This document shows positions 39,640 through 52,300 of a stretch of 64,000 nt of DNA, in pieces. A program made the translations under genes and the position numbers. Origin of the DNA: Octopus bimaculoides (lineage: Eukaryota); the NCBI RefSeq assembly GCF_001194135.2, contig NC_068981.1, forward strand, positions 197,375,253 to 197,439,252. The letters run 5' to 3'. Below the pieces are notes generated by a model, which was not told the origin of the DNA, ran no database searches, and saw nothing but the letters and a program-made list of their open reading frames with translations. Position 1 is the first letter of the stretch. The number at the start of each line of letters is the position of its first letter.

Positions 39640-40110
39640 GCGAGGGTTAAGGAACAGCGATGGGAATTAGGAGAGGCGAAGAGACAGGAAAGGCGGAGGG
39701 GGAAGAGGGATAAGAAAGGGGGGACAGGAATAATGCATGTGTGTGAGAGAGAGAGAGAGAGAGAGAAAGCATATTTTGGGTGAGGGGGAGAGAGAAAGAA
39801 GACGAACGAAGGGGATAAGGACCAGAACGAAAAAGAAAGAAAAGAGAGGGACGGAGACAGAAGAGAACCACGATAGAGAGACCGTGTAGTAGAGAGAAGC
39901 AGAGTGAGAGTAATATAGAGAGGAGTAGAGAGAGAAAGAGATAGATAAGGAGAGGAAAAGGAGAAGGGAGAGGGAGAGAAACAAAGAAAGAACTTGGGGG
40001 AGAGGGAGAGTAAAAGAAAACGAATGGGTGAGAGAGAGAAAGCAAAGTGTGTGTGAGACACAGAGAGAGAAAGAGAGTGGATGAAGAGGGTGAAAGAGAA
40101 GAGACGTGTT
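39640..40110. repeat. Long polypurine (GA-rich) low-complexity tract; a similar one lies at 45330-45620
   Basis: Almost only G and A on the + strand. Confidence 0.85.
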
Positions 40111-40678
40111 TGTTGTTGTAGTCATGTCAAAAAAAAGAAGTTAATTTTGATGACGTCTTCAGTTGAATCAGTGAACCTTTCACACGGAACTGACTGAGTC
40201 AGTAATATAAAGTGACGTGGGACACTTCACTGATATGAAATAACATCGCCACACTATGAGGGAAAGAAAAAAGTGGGAGTGGTCGAGGCTGGAATTTCTT
40301 TGATTGTAAACCAGCTCCACAACATCCAAACACGTGTCTTCACACAAACTCGGGCGAGAAAAATACGGAGTGCCGCAAAAGATCTTCCCTAAACGACACT
40401 ATTCTTGGCTGTGTGCAACGTGGGAAGTTTTTCTGCCTCACGTGTCTGCTGTTCTCCAAATGTCTGCCCTTTGTGCATATATTAAAATGTAAACACACCT
40501 GGGCAACGCAGTGCTGTGATTATGTGACTGTGTCATTAAATAAGTAGCTTGCTTCCCAAACACATCGCTCCGGGTTCAGTCCGACTGTGTGGTTCATTGG
40601 GCAAGTGTCTTCTGCTATAGCCTCGGGCCGATCAAAGTCTTGTGAGTGGATTTGGTAGACAGAAACTGAAAGAAGCTC

Positions 40679-40718
<40 letters not shown>

Positions 40719-41014
40719 CGTAGTAGTAGTATACTCAAAGTCTACTGAGGAATTCCTAACNNNNNNNNNNNNNNNNNNNNNNNNNNNNNNNNNNNNNNNN
40801 NNNNNNNNNNNNNNNNNNNNNNNNNNNNNNNNNNNNNNNNNNNNNNNNNNNNNNNNNNNNNNNNNNNNNNNNNNNNNNNNNNNNNNNNNNNNNNNNNNNN
40901 NNNNNNNNNNNNNNNNNNNNNNNNNNNNNNNNNNNNNNNNNNNNNNNNNNNNNNNNNNNNNNNTATATATATATATATATATATTTTTCTGTCTCCTCTT
41001 CTATCTTTTCTCTT

Positions 41015-41370
41015 GTTAGAGACATTATTCCTCCAGTGTTCGCTACCATACCTCATCTGGACTAACGGCCTCCATGTTTGTTTTCGTTTGGTTTGTTGTA
41101 TCTCTCCACTGTCCCGTTTTTGTTACCAACTTTGACCCTCCGCAAATCCCAAATTTTATTTTGGTTCGTGAGAGCAACTGCCTTTCGAAGCCTCATATTG
41201 TCATTAATTGCTCGAAATGAAGAGTAGATGGCCAGCCGACAACTGATGAAGGGTCGTTCTTTATGTTACTTGTCTTGTTTTCCAATGTTTCTCTCGTTCG
41301 CATACCCAAGTTTGTCTTCATATTTCATGTTGTTTACATTTTGTGACGTTCTGTACCCATATATGTATAT
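41015..41370 (+). repeat. Dispersed repeat shared with 53010-53320, containing a hammerhead 5' half (CTGATGAAGG)
   Basis: aactttgaccctcc...gagcaactg.cttt.gaa.ctcatattgtcatt...cagcc.acaactgatgaagg in both copies. No GAAAC partner found. Confidence 0.55.
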
Positions 41371-41947
41371 ATATATATATATATATATACCGACCCCCCT
41401 TCACACTTCGTTCTTTCCACTCTTCTTTCTTTCATTCCTGTCACATTTCCTGGCTTTCTCTTCACTCTCTCCCTTTTTTTTCTAATCCCTCCCTAATTCT
41501 TCTGTCCCTCTGCCTCTACATCTCTCCACATGATTGGTGTTCGGTCAAGCCTGACCTTTCTTTCTTGGTTCAACTACCATCCATGCAACATCTATATTCC
41601 TCCCGTTGCCTACCAAATCCTATGTCCCTGCTGTAAGGCTTCACTTCCACACACGCCAGCTTAATTTTATTCGTCCTTAGTCAAAAGACACCAGTTGTTA
41701 TGTCCTGTTATTTGCATTTGTATACCATTTCTCCATTTTATTCCGTCCTTGTTCCGAGGCTATAGTAGAAGACACATAACTAAGGTACTACGCAGTGGGA
41801 CTGAGCAAGCTTCTTACCACACAGCTACTCAGTACATAGATTATATATTTTCATAAATATATGCATTATATATATATATATATATCATCATCGTTTAACA
41901 TCCGCCTTCCATGCTAGCATGGATGGGACAAATACATACATTATATA

Positions 41948-42418
41948 CAGGGTGTGTAAGATATTTGAGGACAGATTTATGTTTATAAAACAACAGATTT
42001 ATAATAACAGATAATAACTTTATTTATCAAAAAACGTTATGAGGATAAAAATAAACCTTCTTTTCTATAATGTTATTCAATAAAGCCACCTTCAGCTTCA
42101 ACAACTGCTTCTATACGAGATCTAAGTCATCTCCATGCTCGAATCAAGTGGTCCTGGTTCATTTTGGACATTACTCTGACTATGGCAGATTTCAAAGAAT
42201 CTATGGTGTTATGGGTGAGTTCATTGACCTCTCTCTCAACAACGCTCCACATGTAATAGTCCAATGGATTGAGATCTGGCGAATTAGGAGGCCAAATGTT
42301 AGGGGTTATGTGATCATGACAATTTCCAGCCATCCATTCCTGTGTTACTAGAGCCATGTGTGATAGTGCAGAGTCTTACTGAAACACATATGGCCTTTCA
42401 TTGCTTACACTGTCTATC
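41948..42418 (-). mobile_element. Tc1/mariner (DD37D/maT-like) relic running into a gap
   Basis: ORF 42127-42357 encodes IWPPNSPDLNPLDYYMWSVVEREVN. The end reads TA|CAGGGTG. Confidence 0.85.
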
Positions 42419-43239
42419 NNNNNNNNNNNNNNNNNNNNNNNNNNNNNNNNNNNNNNNNNNNNNNNNNNNNNNNNNNNNNNNNNNNNNNNNNNNNNNNNNN
42501 NNNNNNNNNNNNNNNNNNNNNNNNNNNNNNNNNNNNNNNNNNNNNNNNNNNNNNNNNNNNNNNNNNNNNNNNNNNNNNNNNNNNNNNNNNNNNNNNNNNN
42601 NNNNNNNNNNNNNNNNNNNNNNNNNNNNNNNNNNNNNNNNNNNNNNNNNNNNNNNNNNNNNNNNNNNNNNNNNNNNNNNNNNNNNNNNNNNNNNNNNNNN
42701 NNNNNNNNNNNNNNNNNNNNNNNNNNNNNNNNNNNNNNNNNNNNNNNNNNNNNNNNNNNNNNNNNNNNNNNNNNNNNNNNNNNNNNNNNNNNNNNNNNNN
42801 NNNNNNNNNNNNNNNNNNNNNACGATGGGCTTCTTTCAGTTTTCATCTACCAAATAAACTCACAAGGGGCCACAGTAGAAGAAAGTTGCCCAAGGTACCA
42901 GGCAGAGGGACTGAACCCAGAACCATGTGGTTGAGAAGCAAGCTTTTTACCACACAGCCATATATATGTGTATATATATAACTATTTGGACTTAGGGTAT
43001 ATCTCTATTAGTATGCCGATTAAAACCCATTCACCGTTTGGGCTACCTGATGTCACCCACAGTTACAATATAAGTGTCACTGGATCTGCACCAAGCACCT
43101 CAAGTGACGGAGCCAACACTGATTGATGTAACACAACAAGATGCACAGTATCCTGCCTCTATGGGACAACTACCGGATGGGGCGAAACGATCGTCGGGCT
43201 GAATAAAGAGTCATACAAAATCCATCTTGTTTCCTTCAT

Positions 43240-43364
43240 CGGTACTACTAAAGCAGCGCGGACCTGAACGCGCAGCCGCGCTAGCTAGTCTTGAGTGGTC
43301 GATCCTAACCCTAACCCTATCCCTAATTCGCGTGTGCAAATGAATACGTGTTTAGGGTTAGGGT
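43240..43364. mobile_element. Second copy of the telomere-repeat foldback element, opposite orientation, truncated by a gap
   Basis: Same start cggtactactaaagcagcgcggacc. The core is the reverse complement of the core at 56830-56862. Confidence 0.7.
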
Positions 43365-44628
43365 NNNNNNNNNNNNNNNNNNNNNNNNNNNNNNNNNNNN
43401 NNNNNNNNNNNNNNNNNNNNNNNNNNNNNNNNNNNNNNNNNNNNNNNNNNNNNNNNNNNNNNNNNNNNNNNNNNNNNNNNNNNNNNNNNNNNNNNNNNNN
43501 NNNNNNNNNNNNNNNNNNNNNNNNNNNNNNNNNNNNNNNNNNNNNNNNNNNNNNNNNNCACACACACATATATATATATACACATAATTCACACACACCA
43601 TATACACACATATATATACACACGCACATAGACATACACACACACATAATACATATACACCTACATCCATACACAAACATAAACACACACATACATGTAC
43701 ATACAAATACACCACATCCATACACATAAATGTACATACATTTTTACCACGTCACCCCCACGTAAAAACTTACCCATACATACATACATACATACATAAG
43801 TACATATATTCATACATACATACATGCATACATACATATATTCATACATACATACATACATACATACATACATACATACATAAGTACATACATTCATACA
43901 TACAGCCGATTCAGACTTCCGAAACGACTCATTGGTTCTTACGAAACTGGTTGCACTCGATTCAATTCATTTCTAAAAACGGCTGTTTTCAGAGATCAAT
44001 AAATCACGATCAAATAAGACTATTGATCAAGGACATTCCAACCATAACCATCCAGCTCTTTGTGTGTGGGGGGATTAACCACGGTGTATGCTGAAGCGTG
44101 TGACTAAGATTTGGCTGGTATTTCTAGCAGGCTGCCTCTACTCTTACACGGTATAAAGAAATTATTGACTCATCAGGCACAACAAAGTTAGGCGGGGAAA
44201 AGCTGCCCTGAATGAACAATATATGGCGAGAGATGGGGGGGGGGTACTGACTGTGCCTAGGTCCGCCAATACACATTTATGTACGTACGTACATCCATAT
44301 AGAGATAGAGCCGCACTTGCGAGCACTCGTAAACACTGATATCATCAACTTAGAAAACATGTTTCGGTTATTTCCCAGCAAAACAACCATACAAACATTG
44401 TGCATTTAGAAATGAAGACACCAGGCGTATTTAGTGTGGAGAAACACAGACGAATGGTCAGGGTTAGAAAGCTTTAGATCATAGACCAACTGAGAGAGAA
44501 ATGGCCTGGGGTTAAACGACATTTTCAATTTAACGTGACGCGGGTATTGTTTCATACAAGAGTCGTGTCTGTGTATAAAGAGAGAGAGGGGGGGGGGGTT
44601 AGATAAATAGATATTTATATGTGTTTTA

Positions 44629-44880
44629 TTGTGTCTGGGGAGAGTCATTCTCTTTTGGTGCCTTATTAATTAACACACTCGCCGGTCTGCTTTCCACTCA
44701 TTAACTTACTTAAATAAATTAATGAGTGGCATTAACTTAAGTAAGTTAACGAGTGGAAATCAGACAGGTGCGTGTGTTAAATTAATAAGGCACCAAAAGA
44801 GAATGACTCTCCCCAGACACAACAGAATATGCTTCAACACACGAATTCACACAAAGAATCTTGCAAACCAAACGCAAAAA
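44629..44880. repeat. Head-to-head inverted repeat of a dispersed, probably Penelope-related sequence
   Basis: Arms 44629-44712 and 44738-44822. The + arm continues as MTLPRHNRICFNTRIH, also seen at 33495-33640 and 52320-52420. Confidence 0.6.
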
Positions 44881-45701
44881 CAAAATATATTAGTGTGTGT
44901 ATACATCTATGTATAAATGTGTGTAGAGAGAGACCATGAGAGTTATGTGTTGATATATAAATTCCAAGAGGGTCAACGACAGGGTTTTTTTTTTACTATT
45001 TTAACAATAATAATTATATCCTTATTATTTCCTCGACCCCTGAAGAAATGAAAAGTACAATCGACTGTAACGGGATTTGAACTTACAATTCTGTGTGTGT
45101 GTGTGTGTGTGTATTTATCGATACATTAAATGTCCATAAATCGCAACTTACCGCTGTTTGGCATTTTTAAAATCCGAGTGGCAAAACTTTGATGCAGGAA
45201 TGGCCAACATTTTCAAAGTGACTGCTGTATATATATGCACTTTTGTGTATGTATGTAGGTGTGTATAGATATATTTATTCACATGTATGCATATAATTGT
45301 ACGGGAAACTGTTATGGTTATTGTATAGCGGGGAAGGGGAAGTGAGAGAGAGGGAGAAAGGGAAAGGGTGGAGAGAAACAGGGAAGAGAGAGAGAGGAAA
45401 GGAGGAGGAGGGTTAGAGAAGGCGAGATGGAGAGAGAAAGAAGGACAGATAGAGGAGAAGAAAGAGTGAGAATGGGTAAAGAGAAACAAAGAGGAGATAG
45501 TTGGGGAAGAGATCAGAAGGAAGAGAGGGAGGGAAAGAAGAGGGAGAGAGGGAAACTAATAAATGAAGAGAAAGAGAGAAGAAAGTAGTAAATGGAGAGA
45601 AAGAGAATATGGGAGGGACGGGCGGAGATTACCGAATTTTGCCGACTGGTTTCACTTTAATTACTAAACAAACACTTGTTGGCAGAATACTTGAGATGTA
45701 T

Positions 45702-46008
45702 AGGGTGTTCAAAAAGTATCTCCGCAGTCAGTATTTTATTGCAAAATAAATATTTATATGATGGTTTAACACTACAAACGAATATATTAGACTTTAAAAA
45801 ACTTTATAAGAGGTGTTGAAAGTGTCGTCCTTCGTTTTCAATGCATAAGTTGACTCTTCTGAAAAAGAGTTAACCATTCTAAAATACATAAGTTAGTTGA
45901 CTCTTCTAAAAAAAAATTCACTGCTGAGAGATTTTAGTTCGGGTGACTAAACAGTTTGGTGTGTTGCAGAATTCAGTGTGGCGCTAATGAAATACTTTGA
46001 ACACGAGT
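45702..46008 (-). mobile_element. Short Tc1/mariner relic (transposase C-terminus only)
   Basis: Minus strand encodes FRRVNLCIENEGRHFQHLL*. Left end agggtgttcaaaaagtatc; possible decayed partner aaatactttgaacac near 45991. Confidence 0.6.
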
Positions 46009-46487
46009 TTTATCAGAAACATTTCCTTCTATAAATGAAAAAAGTTACTGTCTTCGAATTCTTACTGTAACATTTCCGAATTTAGTTCTTGCAGCCAAAG
46101 CTCACTGGTTCCTTGTAGCATGTCAAACAAACACGCATATATTTTCTGACGCCTAAAAACTGCAGTCGACCTACGAACCACCAACACACATGCACCTTGT
46201 GTATATGTGTTCGATTTTGTTTTTATGTACCTCGACGTGTTGCGCATTCATATTTGAATATATTGCTACATTTCGGAACGGTCATTTTTTTTCTTGTCAA
46301 ATAAACACACGCACTATATATGCGTTCTTCACTCTTTTATTATTGTTTTTATTTTTCTTATGTCCATTGTCTGGAAATCTTTCGTCACACATCTGTGACC
46401 TCTTCAGCGACTCTTCCATCCACGCCTATACTCTTGTTCTGTTTACTGAATGGATTATGTCTATGTGATTGGGTGAAGCGTTTATAT

Positions 46488-46518
<31 letters not shown>

Positions 46519-46529
46519 GTAAATCCCAA

Positions 46530-46720
46530 AAAGAACAAACACAAAAAACAACAACGCGAGAACGTGATACATGTAATATATTAGCAGACGCTCAGGAAAG
46601 GAAAGAAAGATGGCTTAATGTTTCGAGCAGACGCTCTTCTTCTGAAACAGAGGAAAGTCCAAAAGAAGGGAAAACAGGAAGAAAATCGCCAACGATTCAC
46701 ATGTGGTTATATATCTTTCA
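46530..46720 (-). mobile_element. Penelope-like terminal repeat relic with a decayed hammerhead motif (46613-46648)
   Basis: GUUU-CAGAAGA-A-GAGC-GUCU-GCUC-GAAAC-AUU-AAGC on the minus strand; the core has substitutions. Confidence 0.45.
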
Positions 46721-46726
46721 TTTGTT

Positions 46727-47104
46727 TAGGTGCAGGAGTGGCTGTGTGGTAAGTAGCTTGCTCACCAACCACATGGTTCCGGGTTCAGTCCCACTGCGTG
46801 GCACCTTGAGCAAGTGTCTTCTACTATAGCCTTGGGCAAACCAAAGCGTTGTGAGTGGATCTGGTAGACGGAAACTGAAAGAGACTCGTATATGTGTGTG
46901 TGTATGTGTTTGTGTGTCTGTCTTTGTCCCCCACACCATCGCTTGACAACCGATGTTGGTGTGTTTACGTTCCCGTAACTTAGCGGTTCGGCATAGGATA
47001 CCGATAGAATAAGTACTAGGCTTACAAAGAATAAGTCATTGGGTCGATTTGTTCGACTAAAGGCGGTGCTCCAGCATGGCCGTAGTCAAATGACTGAAAC
47101 AAAA
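46727..47104 (+). mobile_element. SINE family B, full length
   Basis: Full-length match. Confidence 0.85.
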
Positions 47105-47361
47105 GAACAAATAACATATTTTAACTAACCTAAATTTTGCTTATGCCGAAACACTGCTTGGCGCTAAAATTTCATTATTTTCCTCAATAGGGTGATACGA
47201 GTGCATATCACTCAACGATGTTGACTGAATCTTGCATAACGCTATTGCTTTATAAGTTTGTTCAGAGTTGCCTCCCTTAGGTACATCTCATTGACAAGAG
47301 TCAAGAAACTCGAAACATTGATGTCTCTACCCGTGATTCATTGGGTCACTAATAGTTCAAG

Positions 47362-48058
47362 GTACCCGAAAAAAACCCACATATCTTGGGAAACCGTGGT
47401 CCGATTTACACAAAGTTTGTTTTATTCCGTTTGTATTCGTATTTCAATGGCGCCTTATTTTCAGAGTATTTTCCTTTTGTGTGACAGTTTGGCTATTTAT
47501 AAAGATACCCGAAAAATCCGCGTATCTCAGGAACCAGTGATCCGATTTACGCGAAACTTGTTTTATTCTGTTTGTATTTACATTTCAATGGCGCATTACT
47601 TTCAAAGTATCTTCCCTTTATGCACCGGTTTCACCGTATTAAATTACAGACAAGCAGGCAATCATAAAGGTACCTGAAAAAACCGCGTATCTCAAGAACC
47701 CGTGGTCCAATTTACATGAAACTTGTCTTATTCCTTTTGTATTCCCATTTGAGGGGCACCTAACGTTCGGAGTATTTTCCCATCATGCTCCGGTTTGGCT
47801 GTATTAAATTACAGACAAGCACGCAAACAAACAAAACTGTCCATGTGTTCACAGTAAAGGGCAACAACTCCAGGTTTCACTGCTTAAATTTGTGGAACGC
47901 CCCCCGCCAAAAAAAAAAAACGTGTATCTGGGGTATCTGTGGTCCGATTTACGCGAAACTTGTTTTATTCTGTTTGTATTCACATTTCAGAGTATTTTCA
48001 GAGTATTTTCCCGTTATGTGCCGGTTTGGGTGTATTAAATTACAGACAAGCAAGCACA
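47362..48058. repeat. Four diverged tandem units of about 140-160 bp
   Basis: Recurrent gtatctc...gtggtccgatttac.cgaaacttgttttattc.gtttgtatt...gagtattttccc...gtattaaattacagacaagc. Confidence 0.8.
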
Positions 48059-48084
48059 GAGTTTTAGTAGTATATAGATTTATA

Positions 48085-48282
48085 AAGGCGGCGAGCTGGC
48101 AGAAACGTTAGCACGCCAGGCGAAATGCTTAGCGGTATTTCATCTGTCAAATTCCGCCGAAGTCAACCTTGCCTTTTATCCTTTCGGGGTCGATAAATTA
48201 AGTACCAGTTGCGTATTGGGGTCGATCTAATCGACTGGCACACTCCCCCCAAATTTCGGGCCTTGTGCCTAGAATAGAAAAG
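48085..48282 (+). mobile_element. SINE family A
   Basis: Well-preserved copy with a small internal deletion. Confidence 0.82.
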
Positions 48283-48872
48283 TATATAGATTTCTATATA
48301 TACATATATGACAAATGAAAGAAAGAGAAAATGGAATTCATGAGGCTTCGTTAATCTCAACAATCATTTCAACCCAACTTTTCAAAAGGTACCTCACTCA
48401 ATAAACTCATTTTTGCTCGATAATTCCAAACCATGAAACCTGTCTGCAATCAGCTACAGGTAAATAATGGCATGCATTATAATTGAACTCATATATGCTC
48501 AACAGACACTGAGAAATTCCCAAGGTAGAGAGAGACAGTGACATTTGTATCCATACTGTTGATGACATCAGGTAGCCATAGGCAGTGAATGTTTTAATGA
48601 TTATAAAGAGTTATTAATGAGGGATTATTAATCTGAACAAATTACTTTATATACTCTCTGTTAATACAAATATACCAGGCTTTAACAAAGATCTTTTAGA
48701 TTAGCTAAGAACTCCCCGTTTGCTTATGGCAGGGTCTGGGGTTATATTTGATCACCTTTCTATATTGTAAGCCCATGGTTGGATTCCCAGTTAGACTGGA
48801 TTTTTAAACAGAGAGATATACAAGACAAGGTATAAATAATGGTCTTTATATAGTCTGTTATTGTTGCAAATT

Positions 48873-49323
48873 CAACTTACAGCTGTTTCTGATAATCATT
48901 ATTGGTTCGTTCCTTGATTTTTTAAAACTCAGTTTGTCTGTTGATTGTTTGAGTAAAGTTTAGTAGAAAGTGGGTTATACATCTTTAGATTGTATACCTG
49001 ACTTTCTACTAAAAAATTTGAAGGAATAGACGGAACGCTGAACTCCAGACTAAACAACATTTATTTAGGTGATAAACATACATATCTTTAGTTATACATC
49101 TTTAGAGGTGAGAATAACGAGCTGTCGAGTATAAGACCGAAAGATGTAGAGACAGCTTTAAAACACACGTCCATGCTCAATCGCTGGCCAGCGTGAAAGA
49201 GAATGTATTGAGCGGGAAACGCTTGCTTTATTAATTCTACGCATGCGTAAGACTACGCATGCGCGGGCGTTACTACAAAAGTAAAACAAACTTAAAGAAC
49301 TGGTGCTATCTTCATCGGAGTCA
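48873..49323 (-). mobile_element. Penelope-type pseudo-LTR-like segment whose ends form a hammerhead-like motif with about 420-nt loop II
   Basis: UGACU-CCGAUGA-A-GAUA (49323-49307) ... UAUC-A-GAAACAGCUGUA-AGUUG (48894-48873). Internal hairpin at 48961-49011. Confidence 0.45.
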
Positions 49324-52300
49324 GACAGTATCAGTTATCAGAGACCGTTTTATTAAAAAATTTGACTGACAGAATTCTGTATAGTATCTGAGGTTGTTTT
49401 GTTTCGGAGCTCGATATTCCAGCTTATATAACATTCTGTCAAGCTTTCAGAACTTTCATTCAAACAATTTGACAGGAAATTTTTTCAAGCCTATTGTTTC
49501 TTCGGTTGCGCCAATCAGTCTGATTGGTCAAGCCTATGTTCACATAGGCGTGAAAGCCTTTTGTAATGACAAAGTAAATTTCTCGTAACTTGCCTTGCCT
49601 TTTATGGTAACTTTACCTTAAACTGAGGAATGTGAATGAGATCGTTGAAAAGTCAGCCGAAGCTTTGCTACAATAACATAATATTATCCTGTTTGTCTAC
49701 GATTGAATGCAGTTCAGGTGACTCCTTGTCCAAACGTGACAGATTGGACCATCAAATCAATAAAAGTTTTGAACAAAAAGGATCACACGCAGCTACGAGC
49801 TATGTGTTTGGATAAGCATTGTGTGACAATAATGAGGTCAATAAATAACAACGAACGTCTTCTTGATAACCGGACATGACAGAGGATTAACTGAGATGGT
49901 TTAACTGCTGCAACAACAACAACAACAACGACAACGACGGCGATAAATCTGAAGGATATTAAATGTTTAAAAACTACTAATAGATTTATTTCGTCTAAAA
50001 TAGGTGTGGCCAAAAGAAAAGTTTCGGTAAAGTTTTATATTAACACGCGCACGATTTTCACTACGTAAAAAAAAACAAAAAAAACTCGGACTTTTTGCGT
50101 GGNNNNNNNNNNNNNNNNNNNNNNNNNNNNNNNNNNNNNNNNNNNNNNNNNNNNNNNNNNNNNNNNNNNNNNNNNNNNNNNNNNNNNNNNNNNNNNNNNN
50201 NNNNNNNNNNNNNNNNNNNNNNNNNNNNNNNNNNNNNNNNNNNNNNNNNNNNNNNNNNNNNNNNNNNNNNNNNNNNNNNNNNNNNNNNNNNNNNNNNNNN
50301 NNNNNNNNNNNNNNNNNNNNNNNNNNNNNNNNNNNNNNNNNNNNNNNNNNNNNNNNNNNNNNNNNNNNNNNNNNNNNNNNNNNNNNNNNNNNNNNNNNNN
50401 NNNNNNNNNNNNNNNNNNNNNNNNNNNNNNNNNNNNNNNNNNNNNNNNNNNNNNNNNNNNNNNNNNNNNNNNNNNNNNNNNNNNNNNNNNNNNNNNNNNN
50501 NNNNNNNNNNNNNNNNNNNNNNNNNNNNNNNNNNNNNNNNNNNNNNNNNNNNNNNNNNNNNNNNNNNNNNNNNNNNNNNNNNNNNNNNNNNNNNNNNNNN
50601 NNNNNNNNNNNNNNNNNNNNNNNNNNNNNNNNNNNNNNNNNNNNNNNNNNNNNNNNNNNNNNNNNNNNNNNNNNNNNNNNNNNNNNNNNNNNNNNNNNNN
50701 NNNNNNNNNNNNNNNNNNNNNNNNNNNNNNNNNNNNNNNNNNNNNNNNNNNNNNNNNNNNNNNNNNNNNNNNNNNNNNNNNNNNNNNNNNNNNNNNNNNN
50801 NNNNNNNNNNNNNNNNNNNNNNNNNNNNNNNNNNNNNNNNNNNNNNNNNNNNNNNNNNNNNNNNNNNNNNNNNNNNNNNNNNNNNNNNNNNNNNNNNNNN
50901 NNNNNNNNNNNNNNNNNNNNNNNNNNNNNNNNNAATAAATACAAACACAGATACGCACAGCGTATATAATTGACTTGCTCCTTCCCTCAAAAACCAGGCC
51001 TTGTGCCTATAATAGAAAGGTTTATTAGCTACTGCCAATATGCTTCAGCCATTTTTTGACAAGGAAATAATAATTTTATCACCGCCAGAATCGTTTGTTT
51101 ACGTAGTCAGCACTTACTGTATTCGACTGAATGGACGTCAGTCATTGGTTGAAATTACAGAAATACGACAACTTTAACATGAAATAACTTGCGATGTACG
51201 TTTTTTTGTTAAGAAGACTAAGAGAAAAAGATGTGTTATATGACACATTCTACCAGTGTCCCAAGTTTCAAAGTGTTTCGTTAAGAAAATACTGGTGCCC
51301 CCGAGTGTCTTTCAAAAACATCTTAAATTTAATGATTATATCTTGTGTGTTTAGGAAAAAAACAAAACATTTTACAGAAATAAAATTCCCAGAATGTGAA
51401 TTGCATGGTTCGTCATTAAATATATGGCCCCTCGTCAATCACCATTTTCCAGAACCAATATAAGGGATTTGCAGCATATTAGGAGGTCAAGGTACTTGAT
51501 TCCACGCAAAAAAATCCGAGTTTTTTTTTTCTTCTTTGTGAAAATCGTGCGGGTGTTAATATAAAAATTTACCAAAGTTTCTGTCATGGCTGATATTTCT
51601 GCAATTTAAAATATATTTGATTTCCAATTCATTAACATTTTTGCTAATGAATAAATGGGATTTACAGTATAATTTAATGAATGACTAAAATTTTTATGTT
51701 AGATATAATAATAATGAAATTATTGTAAACAGTGCTCAGGTGCACTACAACAATCTCCGTCACTTTTCATCTACGATGAATACAGCACACACAGCCATAA
51801 TTAAAGCCCCGAATGGGGAACTGGAACCCTTAAAGCATAAAATATAGTCACAGAGGTCACGTTACAGAAATTCTTTAACAAAAGTCCCAAGGGAACTTAT
51901 TCCTGACAACCAACATTAATATGTAACGAGTTATGCCCCTTGCTCTGGCTTTATTCCTACCAAAAAGCAAGATTAATAAAACAAACCATTTACAAAAAAG
52001 TTGCTAAGATTTTCATTGTGATTTCCCGTCCGATATTCAAATAAGTTTGAGCTTCAAACTTCAAGTCATGAAGTATAACCATTGAAAGTTTCATATTTTT
52101 GTTTAAAGATTTTAATTTAATAATACCTAGCGTCTCTTCTGATGTCATTCCTCAACACACACGCTAATATCGAACAGTGTGAATGAAGGCTCAATACCGC
52201 GTTGGTGGATAAATATTCTTCGTTGTTAACAAAGCTACCAATAATGGTAGAGAGTAGTCTCTCAACAATATCAGCCCTGCCACATGGAAACATTGCTTCT

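Noticed and set aside
49967-51038. Long ORFs of 150-325 aa in the track (also near 2.1, 6.3, 10, 15.1, 40.7, 42.4, 43.3 and 56.9 kb)
   Set aside because: They are made of X residues from N-runs and are not coding evidence.
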